A stretch of 64,000 bases of DNA from Octopus sinensis (lineage: Eukaryota). The first letter of the stretch is position 1. Each line of letters starts with the position of its first letter. The notes under the pieces were generated by a model that worked only from the letters and a program-made list of their open reading frames with translations, did no database searches and was not told the DNA's origin. The DNA is taken from positions 123,504,001-123,568,000 of the forward strand of contig NC_042998.1 in assembly GCF_006345805.1 (NCBI RefSeq). The letters are read 5' to 3'. Below, one piece after another: positions 12,440-27,003 of the stretch. The translations under genes were made by a program, and so were the position numbers.

Positions 12440-12720
12440 GATTATCTTCGGTATGGTCTATGCCTGTTGACAGGAAAAATAGGGAGAAATTTTGAAACCA
12501 AAGCTTGCCGATGAATAGTATTACATCCGTTCTGGTCGCAGCACAAGTGACCTGATATTCACTTTAAGGTAGGTTATTGAGAAATCGTGGATGTATGCCC
12601 AAAGGTGTATGCTTGCTTTGTGGACCTGGAAAAGGCTCATGAGGGCATGCTTCGGGATATGCTATGGAGGGCTTACAGAAGTTTAGAATTAATGAGGAAC
12701 TTCTGGTTGGCCTGAAGTAC
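12440..12720 (+). mobile_element. RTE RT domains 2-3, inverted relative to the adjacent 3' part
   Basis: Plus strand reads IRSGRSTSDLIFTLR*VIEKSWMYAQ.VYACFVDLEKAHEGMLRDMLW (cf. GFRPGRSTTDQIFTLRQILEKSWEY...FVDLEKAYD). Confidence 0.8.
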
Positions 12721-15659
12721 CCCCACACACACACACAAACATTCAAACACCCCTACACACGTTTATATACATACACATATATCCCTGAAGTATACTTCGT
12801 AACGATCCTGTGTATGCTGTAAAAAAACATTTAAAATTAAACTGATATATTTTCTCTCTCGACCTGCATTTTAGATTACGACTGTCAGGTGAACCGTTCT
12901 TACACCAGTATTTTGGACTGCATTTGCATACATTTATACTGTAGCAGGTTAATTTTTTTTCTCAATGATCTTTTATCCAGCAGTTCATATGTTTGATGCA
13001 TGTTTCATATGCTAATTTGTTATTCTGCTTTCATAAGTTGACTTCAGCATAATGTTCTCGTATGAATTTGAATATCTTAATGTGTATGTTAATCAAACAA
13101 TTCGGAGCTTGCGTTGCGTGTATTTTTCAACTTCGTGAACATATCCAGTTCTTCTAATAGATTTTTTCATCTCCATATCACATATCGTTGTCACGTAAAC
13201 GTGTCTTGTTTCCACTTGTCCGTCGTATAATCGCACTTATTTTGCTAAATTATATACTCTTTTACCAGACTTGTTTGTGTGCATGTCGTTTTAAATTAAA
13301 AATGATTATGCGCATCACTTTTCATTAAATAATTCATTAAACGTTTTAGTAAATCACATAAATCTATTGTGAAGTCGTACACTGCTTTGCTAGAGTTGCA
13401 AACTTACTTACCACCTTTCATCAACTGGTTCTATGCCTACGCCCGTATCTACAAGTCATTTATTTAAACGGTTCCTGTTTTAGGAAATGTTATTTTTATC
13501 GCATTTTGTTGGAAAAATTTAGTGTTTGTCTTTTCTGCCTGTCGATTATATTAGCATATACTTTTCATTGCAATTTCCACTCTCTACAGATTAAAGATTT
13601 TTAATTTACTTATGATATTTCAAAATATAACAATTGCAGTGTGGAAGATGTTTATAAGCCATTTAAAAATACACAAAGACCATTAGATTCACTTCAGCAT
13701 TTAAATTTAATTTGTCAAAATATTTTTGTCGCTTTGTATCTGCTACCTGTTCACTGACAATATTCCGTACTGCATTTCGAATTATGTTCTCCGTATATTC
13801 CTTAGGGCTAGTATTTCTTGTCATATAGATATAATTAGTCATTTTATTCAGTTGATTATTTTGTTTTACCTCATTTATTGCCTCAATATCTTTGGCATTG
13901 TTGTATCTAAACTATTATTTCTGTTGCTGTTTTGATACTTGACATTTGATATTTCGTAATGTTGGCCTTTCGGAATACTTTATAGTAATGAAACTTTCTC
14001 CTGCGTGTAGCGTGATATCCTTCATTCGATTTTCCATAGAAGCGCATTTATCTGGTAATTATACGTTTTCGGTTGTACATAGTAGGAATGTCTTACAAAG
14101 ATTTATGTAAGTGGCACTTAGGTCGACTACTGCACAGTTTAAGTAAATATTTTCCTTCTTACATCCCAACAATCAAGAGCTGTAAGACAACATTTTTCAT
14201 ATATGCATATATAAGGGGAATTTTCCGAAAAAGCGTAAGCAACCGAGAAACTATTGTTGTGATATTTATAGGGGTGTACTTTCAAAAATATGAAATTTCC
14301 AATTATTCGAAACGAAGTAAAAGATCTCTCTAACTTTTGCAATTACGTCCCTCAGCGTACTAACAGTATGTGGTGTACATTACATATAAAAGCAACACCA
14401 CTTGCTTATCAATATGAAGTCGTTCGATTTGGGGTGTGATAATAATGCATATGATCAGGATCTCAGGTACTCAATAGTTTTCTCTGAATGACTCAGAATT
14501 TTACACTTCATTTCTACGAATGGTTCAAACGGAGAGATAGTGTACATCTAGATAGATATGGATCTTGAATTATGTACAAAATTACCTAGCCTAAATGCAA
14601 AATCGGTATTTTGAGACCGTGAAGACTTGTCATCGGTTTAGTGATCGCTTACATCAGGTACAGAGTAAAATTGTCATTCGTCAAATAACATTATTGTTAA
14701 CGTCCCTATGTGCTAGTGCTAGATACGCGTGAGTTGTTGGGGGTGACCCTCGACAACAAGCAGTTGGCGTCTTTCTGAAGAGAATCACTATAAATGAATT
14801 GATAAAGAACTGCACAAAGATTATCTTAAAAGAACATTATATACAGTGTAGCAAGTTTATAGTTAAGAATTTTGCAGTGAGAAAAAAAAAGCATCGGCTT
14901 CGACATACTTGCAATAAAATTGGCACTCGGATAATTCTTCAAAGAGAATTACATAGATTATCTTGTAACTCAAATTTACTCCCTAGGATAGCTTTGGTGC
15001 AAAATCTGTTCGGCCGATTCCTGTTGGCAATGAAATTGCAATTACATCTTTTACGGTCTAAAATTTGATTCATGAAGTTATTTTTCCAGCATCCTTTTGC
15101 CAAATATTTTATGGATAATGATGGAAAGTGTGCCTGGTGACTTTGACAAAACGTTACAAATGGTGGATACATAATATTGAAACAAGGAATGTTTCTTTTC
15201 AAATACACAGCCACGCGCGCACACACACACACATACACGCACATACACATAAACACGCACGCAAGAGGTTTGCCAGGGATATGACTTAACGTCTTTCCGG
15301 GCCCTAAAAGAGGACCTATGGAACTTTCGGCCAAGCCGATATATCTTCGAACTTGATTGCTAGTTGTGTTCACGCCTCTGAGAATATCTAGTATTGGCTC
15401 AGAGCCTGGAGTTTTTGTTGCCACTGCTGTTAGAGCTGTCATCGGAGCATGTGTCTGGTGATATTGTTGTAGTCATCTCGGCCCTAGTTCTCGTGTTGCT
15501 AACGGTGCTGGTGTTTGTATCCCTTAATGCGTTACCGTCACTTTCACCTTCGCCATTGCCATCGTTGTCGTCAACGTTGTTTATAATTTCTCGTAGTCGA
15601 AATTGAAAAATGTAAAGAGCGTCACTTTATATCCATAGCTAATATATATTTGCCTTAAG

Positions 15660-15875
15660 ACAGCGAGATATTAGAATCGTGTGCTCACCATGCAAAATGC
15701 TTGACAACATTTCGATTGATTTTTCGTTCTGAGTTGAAATTTCGCCGAGGTCGAATTTGCCTTTCATCCTTTTCAGGGTTGATAAAATGGGTACCAGTCA
15801 AGTACTGCGATCAGTGTAATCGACTTGCCTACTTCCTCGAAATTGCTGTCGTTGTGACCAAATTTTACATCAATA
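15660..15875 (+). mobile_element. Old SINE family A copy
   Basis: CGTTCTGAGTTGAAATTTCGCCGAGGTCGAATTTGCCTTTCATCC...GGGTTGATAAAATGGGTACCAG. Confidence 0.8.
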
Positions 15876-15933
15876 CCTACCTACCTACACATATACATGT
15901 ATTCACATATGAGTCTGCTTATGCTATTAATTT

Positions 15934-15988
<55 letters not shown>

Positions 15989-16499
15989 CCGCGTATGTTT
16001 GTGCGTATGTGTGAAGGAGGAACACACACACGTCATATGGAGTTCCCTAGTATAAATGCAAAACAGGCCTATGAAAAATAAATACACCAAACTTGCATAA
16101 TAAATTCTCGAATATTATGCATTTATGTTTGATCTAAGAATTTCAATTCTAGATAAATATGGCTGAAAACTGGCAGGCTAAGCTTATATTAGACAATCAT
16201 TTTATACTGCTTTTAGTTGAGGAAATAATAAACGTGGAATGTTTCTTGAAAATAGGGTACAATATTGGCGCTAAATACTTAAATGACTTTTCTAATGCAC
16301 GCATCATGAACATAAATGTTTTGGGCAATTATGATTTCCTACAATCAATACATCGCACTTTTTTTTACTCTCTCAGCGGATAATTTGGCTAAAAATCGAT
16401 AGTAAATCAAGTGCTAAAGCAAGGCAACATGAACGTAACTGATGCTATTTAGCTTGCACCTACAGCATGATTTTCCCCCCACGAAACATCAATACAACA

Positions 16500-17700
16500 A
16501 TCTAAACGAAGTAAAAATTACAAAAGAAAATATCGAGAAATATTGATTGCTGGTGGACCAAGTAGATTTTGTGTTAAATGTAGAAAGGTTTTAATTACAA
16601 CTTACATGCTACTAAATTGAAGTGTCATTTCGAAACAACACATGCGATTTGAAATATAAGGTCTATTTCAAAAATATCTTAAAAAATTTATTTGATATTG
16701 GATTCAACAAAATCTATATTTCCAGCTTTTATGGCAAACAAATAGAACTGCCTTTCTTATTTCATGTTGCATTGGTTGGAAACTAGCAATATCTGGCGAA
16801 AAACTTACGAAAATAAATCTTCTGTGCAAAGTGTTTCATATGTTTAAAGTACGGTAAAAATATCGATAACTTTCTACTTAATAAAGATACTCTTCCAAGG
16901 CTTATTCAAAACGCTTCATATTTACATGAAGTTGAACACATAAGCTCTTTATGAGCTTAAAATAAACGGGTCAACAACGTTGCTTGCAAAAATATCTGTG
17001 CTGTTTGACTGTATTTACGAAAATTTTTTTGATAAAGTCTTATTAATCTGTCAGCCAGTGGAGAGTCATGATACATGGGAAAAAAATTTAATTTAATTCA
17101 TTTATGAAAATCTGGTGTTCATGGAAAAAATTTTCACGCAACTGCATTTTCAGATTTGCAGCAAAGGGAAAATTTCAGTTTGTGCTACAAGCATAAAGTA
17201 GGAAAAATCAGAATGCTGATAGCATCCATCGTTGTTTTTCATCGTAGAAGTCAGGTAGGTGAACGTAAGGCTCAAATGTAATTAAAGTACTCAATGATCA
17301 ATTCTATTAAACTTAATACAAATATATTGACATATTATTTGAAAGTTGGTGTAAACATATTTTTAGTTTACTGCAAAGATAAACTCCCCAAATTTGTTAC
17401 TTAAAATTTGATGCTTGTTTTCTTGTTTTTTAACAACGCCAATTAAATACGCTATTTTAAAATACAGCATTAGGTCTTCTAGAGAATCGTTCTGCTTTCA
17501 ATGTTTGATCTTATCCACTGAAGGATGTCAAAATTTCAAATGGAAAGCAAGCAAATTTAATCGATTTTATTGTAGTGTAGAAACCGGAGTGTAAAGCATC
17601 AAAGATTATCTCAATATCTATCAACTAAAATTTAATGCTCAGCATTGCTCCTAAACGTTTTTTGCAAGGACAAGGATCGTGAACTAACGAATGTTACAGG
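16500..17700 (+). mobile_element. Possible highly decayed hAT (Charlie/SPIN-like) transposase remnant
   Basis: Fragmentary resemblance only: FLFHVA..WLET (cf. LLYHTEVRWLSRG) followed by ASYLHEV (cf. LAYLADIF). Many stops. Confidence 0.2.
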
Positions 17701-17837
17701 CGAAAATTTGTAATCAACAGATATATTTGCTTAGTGTTATTTGTTTTGTTGTAATTTTCTGGCTGTTATGCTGTGCTTTTACTGATACTGCATCTGTTTC
17801 CCATACCTTAATTAATATTGGGGTGGTGGTAGTGTTT

Positions 17838-18071
17838 GCGAGCTGGCAGAAACCTTAGCACGCCGGGCGAAATGCTTAGCGGTATTTCGTCTGCGTTACG
17901 TTGTGAGTTCAAATTCCGCCGAGGTCGACTTTGCCTTTCATCCTTTCGGGGTCGATAAATTAAGTACCAGATACTTAATTTAATACTGGGGTCGATGTAA
18001 TCGACTTAATACCTATGTCTGTCCTTGTTTGTCCCCTCTGTGTTTAGCCCCTAGTGGGTAATAAAGAAATA
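17838..18071 (+). mobile_element. SINE family A, young copy with 13-bp target-site duplication
   Basis: Flanked by GGTGGTAGTGTTT at 17825-17837 and 18072-18084; B-box-like GAGTTCAAATTCC; core CCTTTCATCCTTTCGGGGTCGATAAATTAAGTACCAG. Confidence 0.92.
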
Positions 18072-20844
18072 GGTGGTAGTGTTTTTATTGTCACTGCTTC
18101 TGTTTGTTACTACAAGGGAGGTATCGGTGACAATAAACCCTTCTTTCCCGCTGGTGATTTTCTTGATAATGGCAGTGACAAGAAAGGAACGATCTGTACC
18201 TTATAGTTCGAGTTGAGTCAAGAAAAAAGAAGAGATGATAAATTCATGAGATATAACTTTCTTGAAAGAAATAAAAGATACACTAACCTAACCAATCAGA
18301 AGATAAGAAATCTCGCAAATGTAGGCATTCGTTTATTAAATGTCCTGTGTCGGACAATATAATACAGTAGAACCGGTATTATATTTCTTTCCGTATATTT
18401 TTCAAGTTAACGGTATGAACCCGCATTGCATAACACAGTTCAGAATTTACGCAAAAACCTTTACTGCATTAGTTTACTTTGTTCACATTTCACGCAATAT
18501 ATTCTCTATACAATAATGACAATGGCATACCATACCTTTCATAGCATAAGCGTTACACTATTATAATACAAGAATAGAATCACATACATAATCCACAAGC
18601 AATACAACAGCACATTCATCGCTCTAGTATCGTCTCTTTAAACCCATTCTATTTTATGTGCCACTCATTAGTGTAAGACAACTCACACTGCATATAGTCT
18701 ACATATAATCACACTGTTACATAATCTTTCCTTAAAATATAACACAGCCCTCACTGTGCATACTCTACATTATTAGAACTCAGGAATTTAAGATATCACA
18801 ACTTTCAAAACTCATTGAAAACACTATCGTCACCTAACAAAATAACACAATTTCCAATGCACGTATAATGCAGAACAAAAAGATGAAACACCAAAATAAC
18901 AATAGAAATAACAACTAAATAATCACTAAAAAGCAATACATAAACAGCTTGGAAACATAATTCTACACCACCAACAGACTATGTTGTACACATTTGAGTA
19001 ACGCGGAAGTGCACCTGGTTGTGCGGTAAAGAACTTGCAAGAATATGTTGAAAGCATAGTGATGATGATGATAATAATAATAATAGCAATAATAATAATG
19101 ATGCTGGTGATGCTTATGATTTCATTTCTCCATTTTTGTAGTTATTTTGAAGATATTGATTAAAAAAGATAATGTTTATATGAGCAGATTTCTCTACACA
19201 AGTAACATTATATTCATTCACATACAAAGCATTTTCATATTCTATCTTGAAGAGAAAATAAATTATGCCCTCAGTTAATGTTAAAGAGGCTCTTTTGTAA
19301 TATAGCGTGCTGCGAAAATTAGCCATATAGTTGAAGTGATGTCAAAGAACCTTATTATTTTTCTGACTTTAATATGAACCTTCCATTATCATCGTTCTCA
19401 TTTTAGCTTTAGGTTCACAAAATAGCGATGTAATCATCGTCCATTTCTGTTTTTGTGTGAAATATGTTTTTATATTAAAGTATTAACATAACTCTTAGGC
19501 TTCTTATGAATAAAATGTAGAAAGCAAGCATCCCCTTCTCCCCGTGAATAATGAGTTTTGTGTTTGGTGAGTGCTAGAAATAAATTTAATGCAAGGAAAA
19601 GACGTATGCACAGTGGATTGTTATGTAAATTCAAAGTAGATGGGAATATGTGATAGCTGTTGTCGGATATCGATTAATATATTCTCATATATCGATTAAA
19701 ACGGTGAAATCAGTTATAGTGTACATGATTTAGTTTAATACATTTTGTCCATATATAGTAACCACGATCAAAGCCAAAATTATTATTGACTTTGAATTGC
19801 TTAGACATCCTAATTATGCCAAATTTGATGGTAAACATTGTGAAAATACAATGAAACTGTAGGGTCGAATATAAATTATCCTATCGAAAATTATTTTCAT
19901 AGAAACTTTTCTAGATTTATGTTAACAGTACCTTGCTAAGCAACATATGCGAAATGTTGCCTATTAATGTATATGTGATATCGTTGTGCGAATTATACTT
20001 CGACATGGCTTAAAACATTTGAGACTGATGAATAGCAAGTGCTGAGATATGCTTGGTGGTTAGTATGACCGGGAAAAACATTCGATTGTTTGAAGTTTAG
20101 GAAGATAGGTAAAGACAGATTTTTCACATTATCTATGACAGAGTTACGCAAAGAATAGGTTAGAATTGATTCGGCTCATCTCGGTACATAACAAGAACAT
20201 ATTTTTATTTCCTCCTGAGGAACAAAGGCAAAAGTGAACGTGAAAGAATATGAATCCAGAATATACATTTTGAATCTAAACGCAGTAACCGTGCGATATG
20301 TATTCAGTTCGCTAGTGTTTATAAATATCAATACCATAACATGAGTACCTAATAGTATACAAATTCTGTTATCGATGGTAGAAGGGCCTACCGATGCAGG
20401 GAATTTTACCGATTGCTAAATTTGTTATATATATGGCCACCTTAATTGAACGCATGTCAAAGAATGGCTGATTTGACATAGCCAAGATGTCGTTGGAAAA
20501 ACAAATAAATAAATAATCACATTTCGAAATATAAAGTTAATGCAGCAACATTAACATGTAATTTCACACCATAAAACATATGTGTACATCCTCGGTGATT
20601 CTTTCGAGATTCTATCTTGTTTGCGTTTAACTTGTATACTACTTGTGTTACAAGATGTCATCATGTCTGTTTAAGAAAAATATATTATCTTCAGTATCTT
20701 TGGGTCATTGCTATCCATCGGTGATGTTATAATTGTTGTATAGTTATAGTTTCCCAGAACCAGCCAGAAGTTTACATCACTTTGTTATTCCATACTACGT
20801 GATAAACAATATTTGATGAACCAAAATACACGCGAAAATGCACG

Positions 20845-20890
<46 letters not shown>

Positions 20891-23303
20891 TATGTTCATA
20901 GTTCACCATTTCACTCCACTTTCTGAAATGTACCAAATATAAAGCTGATGATTCTCACGAATTGAAGAAAAGGAGAAATTTTTTAAAATTTCATTATAGT
21001 TCAATGATATTTTTGTTGTTTCTTCCTTTTAAAGAAATAGTGTTCTATTTGCGGAAGATAAATATGAATAGCACAAAGAAACAACGAAATATTAATAATC
21101 TTTATTTTCTGAAAAAAAGGAAAACATTTCGTATATCCATAATTAGATTAGAACTACTTTTTTTCAAAATCACTCGGTCTAATAAATAATTTCAGCTAAA
21201 CGTTTAATGATGTTAACATGATTTGGTTTTTATTATACTTTTGTTGTAGAACTGTATAAATATGTGTGTGTGTGTGTGTGTGTGTGTGCGTGCGTGTGTG
21301 TGTGTATGCGTGCGTGTATTTCTGTAAATAAACACAAACATATATTCGTGTTGCATAATATCTAATTGTGTCTTGTTTATGTTATATTGATTTATTGTCA
21401 ATTCAAATTTTTAAAGTCATTATTTAATTTAATTTATTACATGTGGCTGTATAATACTATCATATTCACTTTTAAATTTACCATAGATGTTTTATGAAAT
21501 GTGATTCTTGATTATTTAAATTTTGTACTGTGTAGTAGTTGATACATTATTTGCGCTACATTTGGATGTTTGATATAAGATAAATTTTGCTGATGATGTC
21601 TTCACGTCTCTGTTTGGAAAGTAGTCATCTAAGTGTTAATTTCAGCGCACTTCAGTATTCCTTCATTTCCTATTTTCACTCTCTTTTTATATTCTCTGCT
21701 CTCAATTCAGTTAGTTCCTAGACACGGATCTTATCTCTTCCGGTTGTAATGTTTGATGACGGGCATTTCATGGGAATGTAACATTCTTGAAACGTGACTA
21801 TTACTGTACAATTTTCGGAAATCTTTAGATCTTTCAAATATCTTTTCTAATATAGGTATAAATATAACAACACTAAGTATCATTTATTTAAAGTCCCAAC
21901 ACTACAAATAAATGCTTACTATTTTGCAAAGGTCATATACGACAATTACGTAAATCTAGTGCCTAGTTTGTCAGATACAGGGAGTGGACACATTTCTTTC
22001 GGCTATCAGACATCAGGTCATACTGCGGCCTATCAACTTTCAGTTACATGTTTCTGTGGTCAGAAATAATTTACCAGTTAAGCACTGTGGAGTGGTTTCT
22101 CACTTTCTGTCTGTCGCTTTTGGAATCTGCTCGATGACTCCTATCTACAGAAACGGAGATGAGCGAGGGCCTAACAAACTCTTTTGATTCGATTGAAAAT
22201 ATATCGATATGCTACTATTTCCATCTGAAGGATGTGCAATGCACAATCGAATGGAAATATATAAGAGAAAAAAAAACTTTATTCAGTATCATGTGGCGAA
22301 AAATTTTGAACATAACAACATTACGCTTAATTTTTATTCTATCGTAAAAATCTGTAAGTGAAATTAGAATTAATAAAGTGTTGACAGCTTAACTTTCATC
22401 AAAGAACTCCTGAGATCACAGTTATGTTTTTTTACGTTGTCATCTATCTATTTTAAAATTACAGGAATTTTTAGTTTTCCACGTATTGCATCTCTGTCTT
22501 CCTGAGGATTGTACAGCATTGTATTTGGCACTGGATTAGTAGAAATGTATTTACATGATATACCTATTTCTCGTGTTTGTTGGCATTCGTTTTGATGTTT
22601 CTGAAGTTGCTTTAGTGTTTCGTATGAACTATGCTTTTTTGGTTGGAGATGGAATGTGAAGATTACAGTATATATAGGAGAATTATACATTTAAAACATA
22701 AACGAGGACAATGCAAATATATGTTTAATAAGCATCGCTCATTCTCAAATAGTCTGTACAAAATCCTTAACGTCTATAAACGACACTTGCAAATATCAAA
22801 TAATCAAAGATTTATCAATAAGATAAAATTGAATTTTCAGTCACTTTCAAAGACTGCTTCAATTCGTTGTGTTAAAAGAAATAATAATTATGTAGGGTAT
22901 TACCACAATTTTGGGTGATCCTATATTTAAGACCCAATCTGAATTTAGTTTTTAACGGGTTCCCGTTTTATGGTGATATATATTTCTTTCTCTTCAAAAT
23001 GTCATTTGGATTGTTTAACTTAGGGCAGAAAAGAGTTTTTCGTAGAAAATTTATTTAGGTTTTCATTGTTTTTTTTTACGAAATACACCGTAACGGAATT
23101 CTCTGTGGAAACCAGATTTAACCCTATTTCAAATTATAATTGCTGTAAATGATGTATAGGACCATATTTTCATTTTCTTTTGTCAAGAATCACTAATTAA
23201 CTTAGCGTTTTGCTGAAAATATTGTAACTATAACTTATTACTCAGATATTTACACTTTTGACGTCTAACATCTATTATTTGCTTGGTGTACTAATCTAGG
23301 GTG

Positions 23304-23450
<147 letters not shown>

Positions 23451-24328
23451 TAGAGATGACGTTTGCGTGTCATTTATATCATCTATATGTGCGTGTGTGT
23501 TTAAGTGTGTGTATAAATATATATCCCTCAATTCAAGTTATCGAGAACTTTGATTTTTAAGTTATGTTTGTGTTTATCTATATCTGCTAATTTGTTCCAT
23601 TTCAAAGCATGATATTATTCCAAATTACGTCTTCTTTTATTTCTAATCCGAATTACATGCAAATACGTCTAGTAAATCCATATACTATATAAAACAATAT
23701 TTCTAATTATTCACTTTCTGCGGTATACAAGATGCAATTGTATATCTACAACTTCTAATTGATTTTCTAATCCACAGTATAATATTTTCTAATTCATTTA
23801 ATGCCTAACGTCAAACTGATTTAACATTGATTAGAAATGATAGACCTGGCAGAAAGGAAAGCCACTTGAAATGTTCTTATAACGGTATTAGGGTTTGTCG
23901 TTTCTATAATTACTTCTTTTGTCTCAGTTTGCATAATGTTTAACCATTAACTCATTACTTGCTTGTTGCATATGCTAATTATTCGCAACATTTTATAATA
24001 TGGATAATATTTCAATGCTGAGAGCTCGAAAATACAATAAGATACCTTCATGTATCGCATTGGCCTTTGAAAATGGTATAGATTGAAATAATGATGGATT
24101 AAATATATCAATCAGTGACGCATATTAACTCGCTTCTCTTCTTCTACAGTTTTCATTTACGACAATATTAAATGGATAACGCATTCATACAATACACCCG
24201 TTTCGATCTCCTGATACAAGGTTTGTCTTTTCAGAATATTGGCTGCCATTAATGATGTATTGCAATTAAAGTTTAGAAAAATGCGGTATAGTAATTTTTC
24301 ATCGTCAGCCTACCGTCTTCCCCCTCCA

Positions 24329-24329
24329 T

Positions 24330-24373
<44 letters not shown>

Positions 24374-24465
24374 TACTACTACTACTACTGCTGCTGTTGC
24401 TGTTGCTGCTGCTGCTGCTACTCCTGCTACTACTACAACTACCGCTGCTGCTGTGCCTGCTACAG

Positions 24466-24503
<38 letters not shown>

Positions 24504-24576
24504 GCTACTACTAATACTACTGCTACTGCTGCTGCTGCTACTGCACCTGCTACTACTCTTGCTGCTGCTACTGATG

Positions 24577-24613
<37 letters not shown>

Positions 24614-24638
24614 GACTACTGCTACTACTACTACAACT
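24329..24638. repeat. Compound (ACT)n/(GCT)n microsatellite
   Basis: Direct reading; source of the poly-L, poly-T and poly-Y/C pseudo-ORFs. Confidence 0.95.
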
Positions 24639-25338
24639 AGTTGATTTCCTTTATTCTATACATGAAGCGCTACGCTTCATAGACCATATTTAAATTCATT
24701 CTGGCTTTACTTATTAGTTTCTTACTTCTTCATTTTTCTTGAGAAAGTTTCCTTTCCATATGACTTTCCAAAGAAATGTTTATGTTGCTTCGTCTCCATA
24801 TTTTCAGACAACGTCTCTTAGATTACTTCTCATACTGAACAGAATAGGGTATGAATTTAGGGGATATGGCTACATGCCGCACAGGTGGGTTTGTTTTACG
24901 AAATTCAATCGTCAAATATTACATTCCGTACATGAATAACAAAATACGCTACAATCATCTTAATATGTTACGAAATTATATGCCAGCAGGGTTTTCTAAA
25001 TTATTATTTGCAGAAATAAGGAATTTATTAAACAGGGTGACATCGGGATGGATAAAATGTTAGTGTCAGTCAGGAGTTTGCGAATATTTGATGGATTCTC
25101 GATATTTCTACATTATTATGCTAAACATAAGAAGGAAAATATTTTCCGCTGATGTTCAGTATATGAAACGATGTGATACATTTTAACAGAGATAATCACC
25201 ATCATATTAGATGAACAATCAATCTATTTGTGGGTAGATGAATATAAATATTACCTAAGTTACTTCAGGAGATTACATACATGTAGGAATAACAATGTTT
25301 CGTATTCCAAATAATATTAAGAGGTGTTATAGCGACCT

Positions 25339-25346
25339 TATATATA

Positions 25347-25398
<52 letters not shown>

Positions 25399-25538
25399 TT
25401 ATTTATTTATATATATTTATTTATTTATATATATATATGTATTTATGTATGTATGTATGTATACACACACGTATATATATATATATACATATACATATAT
25501 GTATATACATATATATATATAAATGCATATATAAATAC

Positions 25539-25573
<35 letters not shown>

Positions 25574-25590
25574 CCTGTATGTATGTATAA
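25339..25590. repeat. Compound (TA)/(ATTT)/(ATGT) microsatellite
   Basis: Direct reading. Confidence 0.9.
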
Positions 25591-26095
25591 TCAAGTTTTA
25601 AAAAAAACAGGTAGGAACTGCATACAAAAGAACGAAAATTAGAATTTATTGCTCATAGTTCCTATAGATAGGAAAAACGATAAAAAAAGACAACGAGGAA
25701 AAGTGACATTGACATAAGAAGCATGATAAAATATTCAGTGATATAATATATACGATTTATATTTTGTTTATATTGTACAAATGTATTTAAGGCACGAATC
25801 TTACACGCATTAAAGAAGAGGAGAAGGAGAGCTATATTTCAATGAATATTTGTGAAAAATGATATGAAATTCATTATCTTTGAAAAATGCAATGCATCCA
25901 CAGATATCAACAGTTACTTCAGTATATACATTATATTCCTTATGAAACTATCAACGTCAATCTCTGTAGTGATAATTTTTAAACGATGATTTCCTCTTGA
26001 ATAGTTTTCCATATAAATACTGAAAAATAGCTTTACATTACGTTTTGTTTCCGAATTCACTTTTTAAGGGGAAATACAAATAAAAAGAAAAATAT

Positions 26096-26133
26096 ACTGC
26101 AGCAGCAGCAGTAGTAGTAATAGTAGTAGCAGC

Positions 26134-26206
<73 letters not shown>
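26096..26206. repeat. (GCA)/(GTA)n microsatellite
   Basis: Direct reading. Confidence 0.95.
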
Positions 26207-26855
26207 AGTGTAAGAAAACATCAAATATATCAGTGGTAGCAACAATGCATCCATATTTATCAGCTCTTTACAAAGATAAATGGCCAATTTTCATTTTCAC
26301 AGAATATGTCATGTGTTCTTATATTTCTTGAAGAAATGCAGAAAAAGTTAGAAGATAAATTATCTCTGAAATTCTAATATTAAAGGTGAAATTACGATTT
26401 AATAAAAAAAAAGTTTCGATGTTTGTTTACGGTATTATTATTAGTTTTTGCAATGATTCGAATGGAAAAAAGAAAACAGTGACACTGTTATTGCTGTTAA
26501 TATTATTCTTTTACAGAGCGTATTTCATATCTTTCTTTCTTAGTATTGCTGACTGTCATATTCCTCATATATTTCTCTTGATTTTTCTTTATCAATATTT
26601 CTCGTTTCCTTTATCCTTTTTCATTTTCGACACCAAATGCATCATCATAATCGGGGTCCACATTACGCTCTTTCTTATCATCATAATCGTCATTAAACTG
26701 AAAGAATTAGTTTCCTATGTAAACAATCACATCAGCAGTAGCAGCAATAAGATTGACAAAAATATGGTACAGCAAAAATATAGACGCTTCCAAAAACATA
26801 GGCACGATACAATAAAAGTAACTAAAACTGTTATAGTAATAAAAATACAAAAATT

Positions 26856-26904
26856 ATGATGACAACAATAACAACAACAACAGCAGTAATGATAATAATC
26901 ATTA

Positions 26905-26986
<82 letters not shown>

Positions 26987-27003
26987 CATCATCATCATCA
27001 TCA
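26856..27003. repeat. (ACA)/(ATT)n/(ATC)n microsatellite
   Basis: Direct reading. Confidence 0.95.

Noticed and set aside
13412-22160. Candidate minus-strand micro-exons (about 13412-13448 DTGVGIEPVDER with GTAAGT donor; about 14655-14777; about 22070-22140)
   Set aside because: Splice-like motifs are expected by chance at this length, phases do not chain, one candidate has stops in all frames, and no protein family was recognised.
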